A DNA stretch of 64,000 nt from positions 124,001 to 188,000 of the forward strand of contig NIVC01000340.1 in the NCBI GenBank assembly GCA_002269645.1. The letters run 5' to 3'. Shown piece by piece: positions 1-12,000 of this stretch (position 1 is the stretch's first letter; each line of letters opens with the position of its first letter). The translations under genes were made by a program, and so were the position numbers. The notes beneath the pieces are model-generated. The model did no database searches and was not told the DNA's origin. It saw nothing but the letters and a program-made list of their open reading frames with translations. The stretch is from Macrostomum lignano. Taxonomy: Eukaryota.

Positions 1-39
1 TTTTGCAAAGGTCAAGCTTATTTTTCGTTTGAAGCATCC

Positions 40-156
40 ATGGCTCAATGCATCTGGGGCTCAATGCATCTGGGGCTCAATGCATCTGGGGCTCAATGCA
101 TCTGGGGCTCAATGCATCTGGGGCTCAATGCATCTGGGGCTCAATGCATCTGGGGC
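40..156. repeat. 16-bp tandem repeat (GGGGCTCAATGCATCT)n, about 7 copies
   Basis: Direct inspection; the 29..283 ORF shows a 16-aa period (3 x 16 nt). Confidence 0.95.
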
Positions 157-771
157 AGTGACTGACGTGGAGAAGCCTTTAAACTATTGGCTCAGTAAAA
201 TTATTATCTGCAATAATCTTAATACAGTTCTGTTCTTGAGAAGTTCGAGGGGTTTACCTCTAATTACTTCTTCCTCTAACTAAATTCCTCTAAGGTTGCG
301 CTGTCTGTCTCTCTGTCTATGCGATCGATAATAGAAAAACTGGCTTGGACCACTGTTTGGGACCCACGAAGCAGGTCAATCGGACAGTTTAGGCAGACGC
401 TAAATGTCGTATAAAAAAGATGACATAATATGCTCGCAATTAAATTTTGTCACGTTGCAACTTTTCCGCGAAGGTGACGTCAGACATAATTAGAAATTAG
501 CTATAAAACCCCCAGTACCGAAGATGCGTACATGCAGCCATAATTATTTGACTGCTTCTGACAGAACTGCTACAGCCCAGCAAGAAAGCCGAAACCTTCA
601 ACTGCGCTCCAATCAGTTGGCAAGTTCTCTTCATTTTTATATTTGTAATGTAATTGTTATAACCTTATGAATATAATTCTGTGGAAAAACAATTTCCATC
701 CAACCATTTAAACAAAATTAATTTCCAGTCTAGACAAGAGTATAAAGTACTACAAGTATATTTACTGAAGC

Positions 772-2093
772 ATGGCTAGAGCTGCTGCATTGCAGTCTGG
801 TGGCCTGATAGAGCCAATCTATGCTCACAATACATTTGCACTGAGCTTGCACTCTGCCTATGCTCAGGCTAATCCTGGTGAGTCAGTCTTTGTTGTAAAG
901 TAGTTGGTCATTATAATGTCATTTGAACCCCATCCCAATCACACAAATCCCCATCCCAATCATACAAATCCCTATCCTAATCTCACAAATCCCCATCCCA
1001 ATCACACAAATCCCCATCTCAATCACACAAATCCCCATCCCAATCACACAAATCCCCATACCAATCACACAAACCCCTAATCACACAAATCCCCATTCCA
1101 ATCACGCAAATCCCATTCCAATCACACAAATTCCCATACCAATCACACAAACCCCTAATCACACAAATCCCCATTCCAATCACGCAAATCCCATACCAAT
1201 CACACAAATCCCCATTCCAATCACACAAATCCCAATCCTAATCACACAAATCCCCATTCCAATCACGCAAACGCAAATCCCCATACCAATCACACAAATC
1301 CCCATTCTAATCACACAAATCCCCATTCTAATCAAACAAATCCCCATTCTAAATTACACAAATCCCAATCCAGGCCGGAACTTCCTGCTGTCGCCCATCT
1401 CGATATTCGCCACGCTCAGCATGATTCTGCCCGGCGCCCGGAAGCAGACGCTGGACCAGCTGGTGTCCGGGATGCGCCTGTCCGAGCCCGGACAGAAGCC
1501 GCTGAGTGCGGAGTCGCTGGCCCAGCTGGAATCGAGTCTGGGCCGGATGTTGCACTCTGTATCCAGCGACAGCCTTAAGTCAGTAAACAAGATTTTCATT
1601 GAAGCTGATATGAAGGTGAAATCGCATTACCTCTCCACCGTGTACTACAAATTCAATTCGTGGATTTACAAAGTGAGTTACTGTAAAATGGTTTTTAAAC
1701 ATTTGACTTCAAAAAATCCCAATGAGCACGTCACGCAATAAAATTATCTATAATCTCTAGAATCTCATCAGACAATCCAATGCTATTTTAGTATTTAGTT
1801 TAGTCAATACATTCATTTTATATTTACTTTCAATTTTGCACCAGGCTAACTTCAGTGGTGACCCAGAAACTGAGCGCGTTCGTATCAACAATAGGGTAGC
1901 AACCGCTACTAAAGACAAGATCACGGAACTCTTGAAGATGGGTTCAATTGGTACCTCGACTCGTTTTCTGCTGTGCAATGCACTGTACTTTAAAGGTAAA
2001 GGTTTTTGTAGGCTTATAGGCAGACAGACAGACAGGCAGGCAGACAGACAGACAGGCAGGCAGACAGACAGACAGGCAGACAGGCAGACACAC

Positions 2094-2153
<60 letters not shown>

Positions 2154-2191
2154 GGACACACAGGCAAACAGACAGACACACAGACAGACAC

Positions 2192-2222
<31 letters not shown>

Positions 2223-2279
2223 GGCAAACAGACAGACACACAGACAGACACACAGACAGACAGACAGACAGACAGACAC

Positions 2280-2316
<37 letters not shown>

Positions 2317-2343
2317 GACACAGACAGACAGACAGACACACAC

Positions 2344-2402
<59 letters not shown>

Positions 2403-2423
2403 CACACACAGACAGACACACAC

Positions 2424-2463
<40 letters not shown>

Positions 2464-2506
2464 CAGACGGACACACAGGCAAACAGACAGACACACAGAC
2501 AGACAC

Positions 2507-2537
<31 letters not shown>

Positions 2538-2590
2538 GGCAAACAGACAGACACACAGACAGACACACAGACAGACAGACAGACAGACAC

Positions 2591-2621
<31 letters not shown>

Positions 2622-2642
2622 CACACACAGACAGACACACAC

Positions 2643-2677
<35 letters not shown>

Positions 2678-4042
2678 AACACACACACAGACAGACAGAC
2701 AGACAGACAGACACACACTCAGACAGACACCTCCAACACCCGCAGCCAAGTGGACTCAGCCATTCGATCCCAAAGCCACAATTGACGCTCGATTCGAACT
2801 CAGCGCCTCAGCCGCCGTCTCCGCTCCGACGATGCGCAGAACTGGCCAGGTGCGACTTCTGTCCATCCCGGATGTGCTGACTGGCGTACGCCTCGGCTTC
2901 AACGACACCAAGGACCAGCGGCTGTCGCTGATTGCGCTGCTGCCAGCTCAGCGGCATCAACTGGACGAGATTCTGGCGAAGCTGACGGTGCAGGACTGGG
3001 CGCGGCTGGTCGGCGACCCCGGCGAGCTGGTGGAGGCCGAGCTGGAACTGCCGAAGGTGAGCAGCGCTGCACTTGCTTGATGTACATGCTTGATGTACAT
3101 GCTTGATGTACATGCTTGATGTACATGCTTGATGTACATGCTTGATGTACATGCTTACAGACTGGCATATTGGCGTCAGTACAGTCTGTAGGTTAGCTGG
3201 ACCTCCTGGATTTGAATTCTACCTCCCATCTGATGTACATGCTTGATGTACATGCTTGATGTACATGCTTGATGTACCTGCTTGATGTACATGCTTGATG
3301 AACATGCTTGATGCGCATGCTTGATGTACATGCTTGATGTACATGCGTGATGTACATGCTTGATGTACATGCTTGGTGTACATGCTTGATGTGCATGCTT
3401 GATGTACATGCTTGATGTACATGCGTGATGTACATGCTTGGTGTACATGCTTGATGTGCATGCTTGATGTACATGCTTGATGTACATGCGTGATGTACAT
3501 GCTTGATGTACATGCTTGATGTACATGCTTGATGTACATGCTTGATGTACATTCTTGATGTACATGCTTGATGTACATGCTTGATGTGCATGCTTGATGT
3601 GGCTGTGCTATGGCATGTGACATCAGCCTACTCACATAGTAGTCAGAGTCGCCCATAACCCGCCAATTGAACATCTCGCACCCAGGTGAAGCTGAGCAAC
3701 TTCGCTGAGCTCTCCAATGACGCCTACCTGCCCAAGCTGGGCATCGACCGCCTGTTCTCCAACCGCGCTGACCTCAGCGGCATCTCCTCCTCACCTGGTG
3801 ACCTGTTTGTCAGCAGCTTTGCTCACCAAGCCGCTATCGAGTGGGACGAGTTCGGAGCGGAAGGCGCCGCCGCATCCGCCGCCGTAGTGTCGGTGTTTGC
3901 CTCTGTGCGGACCGATCAGCCGATATCGATCAAGTTCGACCAGCCGTTCATTTTTGGAGTCGTTCGCGAAGTTGTCGACGAGAACGGCCAGTCGCGTCAT
4001 GTGCCGATTTTCCTTGGCCGGGTGACCGACCCCAGGGGTTAG
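772..4042 (+). CDS. Serpin (serine protease inhibitor family), 5 exons, about 407 aa, no signal peptide seen
   Basis: Exons 772-877, 1374-1672, 1845-1995, 2746-3056, 3686-4042; all GT-AG with matching phases (1,0,1,0); total 1224 nt. Serpin motifs: [55 protein letters not shown], hinge [26 protein letters not shown]. Confidence 0.93.
945..1373. repeat. About 21-bp minisatellite (CCCATCCCAATCACACAAATC) filling serpin intron 1
   Basis: The array runs up to the acceptor AATCCCAATCCAG at 1373. Confidence 0.95.
2020..2730. repeat. (GACA)n microsatellite in serpin intron 3
   Basis: Direct inspection; interspersed CACA variants. Confidence 0.97.
3074..3600. repeat. 13-bp minisatellite (CTTGATGTACATG)n in serpin intron 4, two blocks
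   Basis: Blocks at about 3074-3155 and 3231-3600 separated by about 75 bp of unique sequence; 13-aa period in the minus-strand ORFs. Confidence 0.95.
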
Positions 4043-4189
4043 GCTGGCTGACGGCTGGCTTTTTGGGTGCAGGGAGGCATTCAAGGCTGTTGTTAGGGGC
4101 CTGTAAATTAAGCGGTTGCTATAGGGAGCTCAAAATTGAATGGTTGCTAGGGGCTTAATCATGAGTTGAGTTCTAGGTAGGTTGCTAGG

Positions 4190-4455
4190 GGATAAATCAG
4201 AGCTGTGTCAGCGGGTTGCTAGGCGATTAATCAGAGCTGTGTCAGCGGGTTGCTAGGGGATAAATCAGAGCTGTGTCAGCGGGTTGCTAGGGGATAAATC
4301 AGAGCTGTGTCAGTGGGTTGCTAGGGGATAAATCAGAGCTGTGTCAGCGGGTTGCTAGGGGATAAATCAGAGCTGTGTCAGTGGGTTGCTAGGGGATAAA
4401 TCAGAGCTGTGTCAGCGGGTTGCTAGGGGATGAATCAGAGCTGGTTGCTAGGGTC
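4190..4455. repeat. 34-bp tandem repeat (GCGGGTTGCTAGGGGATAAATCAGAGCTGTGTCA) downstream of the serpin stop
   Basis: About 7 copies; degenerate GGTTGCTAGGG precursors at 4115-4190. Confidence 0.92.
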
Positions 4456-4769
4456 ATAATAACCGATACAACGCAATTGCTAAGGTCTGAATCAAAGAAA
4501 TTGATGTTTTTCATGTATGGAATATTTATTTCTTTTGTGATTCAGATGTCGGCATATCGACTCTGGCTTGCTGCCACGACATTATCAGTGATGGTTTTAT
4601 CTTTACTTCAATATTTGAATCTGCTCAGTCAAAATGAGCTTTCAATCAGTATTTTCGAAAAATAAAATAAATATTTCGTTTTGTTTTGCGCAACATGTTT
4701 TAGTAATGCGCATTACCGTACAGAATCATTAATAATCATGCACAGCCCACTTTGACTATTTAATTACCT

Positions 4770-6630
4770 ATTAGCGGCACCCACTGAAGGATCAGGGAAG
4801 GTAGCGGCACCCACTGAAGGATCAGGGAGGGGGTAGCGGCACCCACTGAAGGATCAGGGAGGGGGTAGCGGCACCCACTGAAGGATCAGGGAGGGGGTAG
4901 CGGCACCCACTGAAGGATCAGGGAGGGGGTAGCGGCACCCACTGAAGGATCAGAAAGAGGGTAGCGGCACCCACTGAAGGATCAGGGAGAGGGTTAGCGG
5001 CACCCACTGAAGGATCAGGGAGAGGGTAGCGGCACCCACTGAAGGATCAGGGAGAGGGTAGCGGCACCCACTGAAGGATCAGGGAGAGGGTAGCGGCACC
5101 CACTGAAGGATCAGGGAGAGGGTAGCGGCACCCACTGAAGGATCAGGGAGAGGGTAGCGGCACCCACTGAAGGATCAGGGAGGGGGTAGCGGCACCCACT
5201 GAAGGATCAGGGAAGGTAGCGGCACCCACTGAAGGATCAGGGAGGGGTAGCGGCACCCACTGAAGGATCAGGGAAGGTAGCGGCACCCACTGAAGGATCA
5301 GGGAGGGGGTAGCGGCACCCACTGAAGGATCAGGGAGAGGGTAGCGGCACCCACTGAAGGATCAGGGAGGGGGTAGCGGCACCCACTGAAGGATCAGGGA
5401 GAGGGTAGCGGCACCCACTGAAGGATCAGGGAGGGGTAGCGGCACCCACTGAAGGATCAGGGAAGGTAGCGGCACCCACTGAAGGATCAGGGAGGGGGTA
5501 GCGGCACCCACTGAAGGATCAGGGAAGGTAGCGGCACCCACTGAAGGATCAGGGAGGGGGTAGCGGCACCCACTGAAGGATCAGGGAGGGGGTAGCGGCA
5601 CCCACTGAAGGATCAGGGAGGGGGTAGCGGCACCCACTGAAGGATCAGGGAAGGTAGCGGCACCCACTGAAGGATCAGGGAGGGGGTAGCGGCACCCACT
5701 GAAGGATCAGGGAAGGTAGCGGCACCCACTGAAGGATCAGGGAGGGGGTAGCGGCACCCACTGAAGGATCAGGGAGGGGGTAGCGGCACCCACTGAAGGA
5801 TCAGGGAGGGGGTAGCGGCACCCACTGAAGGATCAGGGAGGGGGTAGCGGCACCCACTGAAGGATCAGGGAAGGTAGCGGCACCCACTGAAGGATCAGGG
5901 AGGGGTAGCGGCACCCACTGAAGGATCAGGGAGGGGGTAGCGGCACCCACTGAAGGATCAGGGAGGGGGTAGCGGCACCCACTGAAGGATCAGGGAAGGT
6001 AGCGGCACCCACTGAAGGATCAGGGAGGGGTAGCGGCACCCACTGAAGGATCAGGGAAGGTAGCGGCACCCACTGAAGGATCAGGGAGGGGGTAGCGGCA
6101 CCCACTGAAGGATCAGGGAGGGGTAGCGGCACCCACTGAAGGATCAGGGAGGGGGTAGCGGCACCCACTGAAGGATCAGGGAGGGGGTAGCGGCACCCAC
6201 TGAAGGATCAGGGAAGGTAGCGGCACCCACTGAAGGATCAGGGAGGGGGTAGCGGCACCCACTGAAGGATCAGGGAGGGGGTAGCGGCACCCACTGAAGG
6301 ATCAGGGAGGGGGTAGCGGCACCCACTGAAGGATCAGGGAGGGGGTAGCGGCACCCACTGAAGGATCAGGGAGGGGGTAGCGGCACCCACTACAGGATCA
6401 GGGAGGGGGTAGCGGCACCCACTACAGGATCAGGGAGGGGGTAGCGGCACCCACTGAAGGATCAGGGAGGGGGTAGCGGCACCCACTGAAGGATCAGGGA
6501 GGGGGTAGCGGCACCCACTGAAGGATCAGGGAGAAGGCAGCGGCACCCAATGAAGGATCAGGGAGAGGGTAGCGGCACCCACTGAAGGATCAGGGAAGGT
6601 AGCGGCACCCACTGAAGGATCAGGGGGGGG
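4770..6630. repeat. 30-32-bp G-rich minisatellite (TAGCGGCACCCACTGAAGGATCAGGGAGGGGG)n, nearly 60 copies
   Basis: Highly homogeneous array; length variation is confined to the purine tract (GGGAAGG / GGGAGAGGG / GGGAGGGGG). Confidence 0.97.
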
Positions 6631-7368
6631 GGGCAATTAGGTTGCAGTACATGCGTGTTGATAATTTGTATTGTTGGCTTGATAATTGCTCAAAAATTAG
6701 AAACTAGCTAAAGTTGCACTGCAGAATAGAGATCTGCATTATTAATTCACAGACACTGCTGGATTCAATGGCTTCACAAACCAATCATATGCTCATACTG
6801 ATATACTACTGATATACTGAGCTTATGCAATGCGCTCTGCTTTGCATTAGATCGCATTAGATTCACTCCTATGGTTTACCTGAACATCTTCGCATTAATT
6901 CGGCTTATTTTTGAAAACAATTAACTAAACTAGAAACCCCTATGGTTAAGTTCGATAATTTATCGCTGGTTTGTTTAAAGTCAAAATGTTTAAACGCTTG
7001 TGTTTAGATTAGATTATGTCGGTCGTCAGGTGATAGGACCTGCTTAGCTTATACGTATGCAGCTAGTGTATTTAATATCACATAATTAAAAAACTGTTAA
7101 AAAGTTTTTTGTTTTGGCTAACGCGTCGCGAATAACTTTTTTGGTCTTGCGATACAGTTGCCATGACAACGGAGTTTGGAGGGGATCGACCATAGACTCG
7201 GACAGTTTCAAACCCTGCCGAGTTTTGGTAACTTTAAAAAAACAAATAGAATTGAGTTTTAAGAATTTTTCTGCGATGCTACTAACAGTAGATTGGGGGC
7301 TTAGGACAAATTTTCTATATACGGTATGCGGTCAGTTTGGGACCAGCGGGGATGGCTGGACAGCCTGT

Positions 7369-7869
7369 TCACTTCTTCTGCTCCTCGGCAGCGGCCGGGG
7401 CCTCGGCAGCGGCGGGAGCCTCAGCAGCGGCGGGGGCCTCGGCCTCCTCAGAGGGCACATCGTACTCGGCATCCTCAGCGGGCTCGTCGTCGAGGTCCTC
7501 GACGGAGTCAACACCGTCCTCGGCCTCCTCGGGCTCCTCGATGGCCTCGTCCTCCTCGTCATCGGCGGCGTCGTCGTCGGCGGCATCCTCCTCGTCATCA
7601 TCGACGGCGTCGTCGTCTTCGGCGTCCTCGTCGGCGGCCTCCTCCTCGTCATCGGCGGCGTCGTCATCTTCGTCGGCGGGATCCTCGTCGGCGGCCTCGG
7701 CAACCTCGGACGGCAGCTCATCGGCCGGCTCCTCCTCGGCCTTGGTCTCGGCGGCGGCCGGCTGCTCAACGGCGGTCTCGGCGGCCTGCGGCTGGGCGAC
7801 GGTCTCGGCGGCGAGGGCGCCGGCGATGAGGAAGCCGAAAACGGCGATCAGGACAAGCTGCAGTTTCAT
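7369..7869 (-). CDS. Secreted, extremely acidic Asp/Glu/Ala-rich protein of unknown function, 166 aa, single coding exon
   Basis: ATG at 7869 followed by a clear signal peptide MKLQLVLIAVFGFLIAGALA; GC-rich coding-like composition; about 69 D+E and 3 K in about 146 mature residues (hand count); TGA at 7371-7369. Confidence 0.85.
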   Translation of the reverse strand: MKLQLVLIAVFGFLIAGALAAETVAQPQAAETAVEQPAAAETKAEEEPADELPSEVAEAADEDPADEDDDAADDEEEAADEDAEDDDAVDDDEEDAADDDAADDEEDEAIEEPEEAEDGVDSVEDLDDEPAEDAEYDVPSEEAEAPAAAEAPAAAEAPAAAEEQKK

Positions 7870-9040
7870 GGCTGATGCTGGGGTTTTTAGTCTACACAGA
7901 GAGACACAGAGAGAGAGAGACAGATAGCAGCCGGAGAGTCTGTATGAGAGACTTGATGAAGAAGGGGGGACGGTGGCGCTCGGCGCGTCTGCTTTTATGC
8001 TCGTCAAGCTCGGGGTGGGGTGGGGGTGGCTAACTCTCTTGTTTACGAGCCCCTGCTGCATAGCATAGGAAAGTCGAGGGCCACGTGTCGGTGCAACCTC
8101 GTGAAGCCTCCTCCAGCAACCCCCCCCCCGCCAGCAATTGATAAGCCTCATCTTTTAGCTCTCTATTGTGCTCGGAGCAGCAGCCTCTCTCTATTCAAAT
8201 TCGGGGTTCTGTTTTTCTTCAACTGGCTGTCGAGCTATGCATATCTGTGGGTGTTTTTATTATTGCTATTCTAAGAATAGGTTGAGCCAAGCTATCGTGA
8301 AAGCATTGGGGCGCACAGTTTAGCACAGAGCCGCTGGTATTGTGCCTCTTAGCTGACGCACAATGGGCCCTGCAAGCGACTGTATGCTGACAACCATCGT
8401 TGCTTTGGCGACTGCATGCCCGCCTAAATTGCCGTGGGCACTGCTGCTGCATGCCCCGGGGCACGTGTTCTCAAGCATTGCTTTGCATTTTCCATTTTTC
8501 GTCTCCCTCCATCTCTTTCTTCTATCGATCCTATCTAGATATGAAGCTTGAACAATGAAATTAACCCCAGCCGCAGGGCCACGCAGAATAGCTATAGAAG
8601 AAGCTGAAAATTAATAAATTTCTTTTCTAAGTTTGAGCAGCAAGTTAAGATAGCTATAATAGAGCTGAAGATGGTCAGGTCAGGCCATTCAAGCGTGAAA
8701 GCAGCTTCTTGTGAAGCCAGCATCCCCCCTATCTCTCTTGTCTATTTGACAATTTTCCAAGCACGTGTCTTCGCAGAACACGTGCGTGTTAAGCCCACCT
8801 GCAGCTACTCAACACAGTTGTGTATCTAGCTAACCTTAGTACTCAAAACCAACCATCTAAAACTGATTCTGCACTGCATCGGCGCGTTTTGTTCCCAGTA
8901 ACCTCGTGTTGCGCGCAGAAATTTGAATACAGTTTTATTTTCTTGATGAACTCTGATTTAAAATAGCAAGTTTGAGTCTTTGATGATTCAGGTCTATACA
9001 GAATGGCAGATTTATAAAACTGGGAATCGATTGGATAATG

Positions 9041-12000
9041 GGAGCTACAGAGTTGAGCTACAGAGTTGAGCTACAGAGTTGAGCTACAGAGTTGAGCTAC
9101 AGAGTGAGCTGTAGAGTGAGCTATAGAGTGAGCTACAGAGTTGAGCTGCATAGTGAGCTGCAGAGTGAGCTGCAGAGCGAGCTGCAGAGCGAGCTACAGA
9201 GTGAGCTACAGAGTGAGCTGCAGAGTGAGCTGCAGAGTGAGCTGCAGAGTGAGCTGCAGAGTGAGCTACAGAGTGAGCTGTAGAGTGAGCTATAGAGTGA
9301 GCTACAGAGTTGAGCTGCATAGTGAGCTGCAGAGTGAGCTGCAGAGTGAGCTGCAGAGCGAGCTGCAGAGCGAGCTACAGAGTGAGCTACAGAGTGAGCT
9401 GCAGAGTCAGCTGCAGAGTGAGCTGCAGAGTGAGCTGCAGAGTGAGCTACAGAGTGAGCTACAGATTGAGCTTCAGAGTGAGCTGCAGACTGAGCTACAG
9501 AGTGAGCTGCAGAGTGAGCTGCAGAGTTGAGCTACAGAGTGAGCTGCAGAGTGAGCTGCAGAGTGAGCTACAGAGTGAGCTACAGAGTGAGCTACAGAGT
9601 GAGCTACAGAGTGAGCTATAGAGTGAGCTACAGAGTGAGCTATAGAGTGAGCTATAGAGTGAGCTACAGAGTGAGCTACAGAGTGAGCTACAGAGTGAGC
9701 TACAGAGTGAGCTACAGAGTGAGCTACAGAGTGAGCTACAGAGTGAGCTACAGAGTGAGCTACAGAGTGAGCTATAGAGTGAGCTGCATAGTGAGCTGCA
9801 GACTGAGCTACAGAGTGAGCTGCAGAGCGAGCTACAGATTGAGCTATAGAGGGAGCTATAGAGTGAGCTATAGAGTGAGCTGCATAGTGAGCTGCAGACT
9901 GAGCTACAGAGTGAGATGAACTCTGATTGAAAATAGAAAGTTTGAGTCTTGTAATGATTCAGGTCTATACAGAATGGCAGATTTATAAAACTGGGAATCG
10001 ATTGGGTAATAGGAGCTACAGAGTTGAGAGCGAGCGAGCTACAGAGTGAGCTGCAGAGTGAGCTGCAGAGTGAGCTGCAGAGTGAGCTGCAGAGTGAGCT
10101 ACAGAGTGAGCTACAGAGTGAGCTACAGAGTGAGCTACAGAGTGAGCTATAGAGTGAGCTACAGAGTGAGCTATAGAGTGAGCTATAGAGTGAGCTACAG
10201 AGTGAGCTACAGAGTGAGCTACAGAGTGAGCTACAGAGTGAGCTACAGAGTGAGCTACAGAGTGAGCTACAGAGTGAGCTACAGAGTGAGCTACAGAGTG
10301 AGCTATAGAGTGAGCTGCATAGTGAGCTGCAGACTGAGCTACAGAGTGAGCTGCAGAGCGAGCTACAGATTGAGCTATAGAGGGAGCTATAGAGTGAGCT
10401 ATAGAGTGAGCTGCATAGTGAGCTGCAGACTGAGCTACAGAGTGAGATGAACTCTGATTGAAAATAGAAAGTTTGAGTCTTGTAATGATTCAGGTCTATA
10501 CAGAATGGCAGATTTATAAAACTGGGAATCGATTGGGTAATAGGAGCTACAGAGTTGAGAGCGAGCGAGCTACAGAGTGAGCTGCAGAGTGAGCTGCAGA
10601 GTGAGCTGCAGAGTGAGCTGCAGAGCGAGCTACAGAGTGAGCTACAGAGCGAGCTACAGAGTGAGCTACAGAGTGAGCTACAGAGTTGAGCTACAGAGCG
10701 AGCTGCAGAGTGAGCTACAGAGTGAGCTACAGAGTTGAGCTACAGAGTGAGCTGCAGAGTGAGCTGCATAGTGAGCTGCAGAGTGAGCTGCAGAGTGAGC
10801 TACAGAGCGAGCTGCAGAGCGAGCTGCAGAGCGAGCTACAGAGTGAGCTACAGAGTGAGCTGCAGAGTGAGCTGCAGAGTGAGCTGCACAGTGAGCTGCA
10901 GAGTGAGCTGCACAGTGAGCTGCACAGTGAGCTGCAGAGTGAGCTATAGAGTGAGCTGCAGAGTGAGCTGCAGAGTGAGCTGCAGAGTGAGCTGCAGAGT
11001 GAGCTACAGAGTGAGCTACAGAGTGAGCTGCAGAGTGAGCTTCAGAGTGAGCTACAGAGTGAGCTACAGAGTGAGCTACAGAGTGAGCTATAGAGTGAGC
11101 TACAGAGTGAGCTACAGAGTGAGCTACAGAGTGAGCTACAGAGTTGAGCTACAGAGTGAGCTATAGAGTGAGCTATAGAGTGAGCTACAGAGTGAGCTAC
11201 AGAGTGAGCTGCAGAGCGAGCTACAGAGTGAGCTGCAGAGTGGGCTACAGAGTGAGCTACAGAGCGAGCTACAGATTGAGCTATAGAGGGAGCTATAGAG
11301 TGAGCTATAGAGTGAGCTGCATAGTGAGCTGCAGACTGAGCTACAGAGTGAGATGAACTCTGATTGAAAATAGAAAGTTTGAGTCTTGTAATGATTCAGG
11401 TCTATACAGAATGGCAGATATATAAAACTGGGAATCGATTGGGTAATAGGAGCTACAGAGTTGAGAGCGAGCGAGCTACAGAGTGAGCTGCAGAGTGAGC
11501 TGCAGAGTGAGCTGCAGAGCGAGCTACAGAGTAAGCTACAGAGCGAGCTACAGAGTGAGCTACAGAGTGAGCTACAGAGTTGAGCTACAGAGAGAGCTGC
11601 AGAGCGAGCTGCAGAGTGAGCTACAGAGTGAGCTGCAGAGTGAGCTGCAGAGTGAGCTACAGAGTGAGCTGCAGAGTGAGCTGCATAGTGAGCTGCAGAG
11701 TGAGCTGCAGAGTGAGCTGCAGAGCGAGCTGCAGAGCGAGCTACAGAGTGAGCTGCAGAGTGAGCTGCAGAGTGAGCTGCAGAGTGAGCTGCACAGTGAG
11801 CTGCAGAGTGAGCTGCACAGTGAGCTGCACAGTGAGCTGCAGAGTGAGCTGCAGAGTGAGCTGCAGAGTGAGCTGCAGAGTGAGCTACAGAGTGAGCTAC
11901 AGAGTGAGCTGCAGATTGAGCTTCAGAGTGAGCTATAGAGTGAGCTATAGAGTGAGCTATAGAGTGAGCTGCACAGTGAGCTTCAGAGTGAGCTGCACAG

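Noticed and set aside
923-1373. PITQIP-repeat N-terminal extension of the serpin
   Set aside because: Intron 1 minisatellite; the exon at 772-877 supplies a proper serpin helix A in the correct phase.
1757-2749. Long CLSV / RQTD ORFs here and at 32477-33763 and 38553-39128
   Set aside because: Stop-free translations of (CTGT/GACA)n microsatellites inside phase-consistent GT-AG introns.
2808-3674. [13 protein letters not shown]-repeat ORFs
   Set aside because: Antisense translations of the 13-bp intron 4 repeat.
7114-7927. Plus-strand ORFs overlapping the acidic gene (Gly/Leu-, Arg- or Ser-rich)
   Set aside because: Shadow frames of a GC-rich repetitive coding sequence; only the minus frame has an ATG with a signal peptide.
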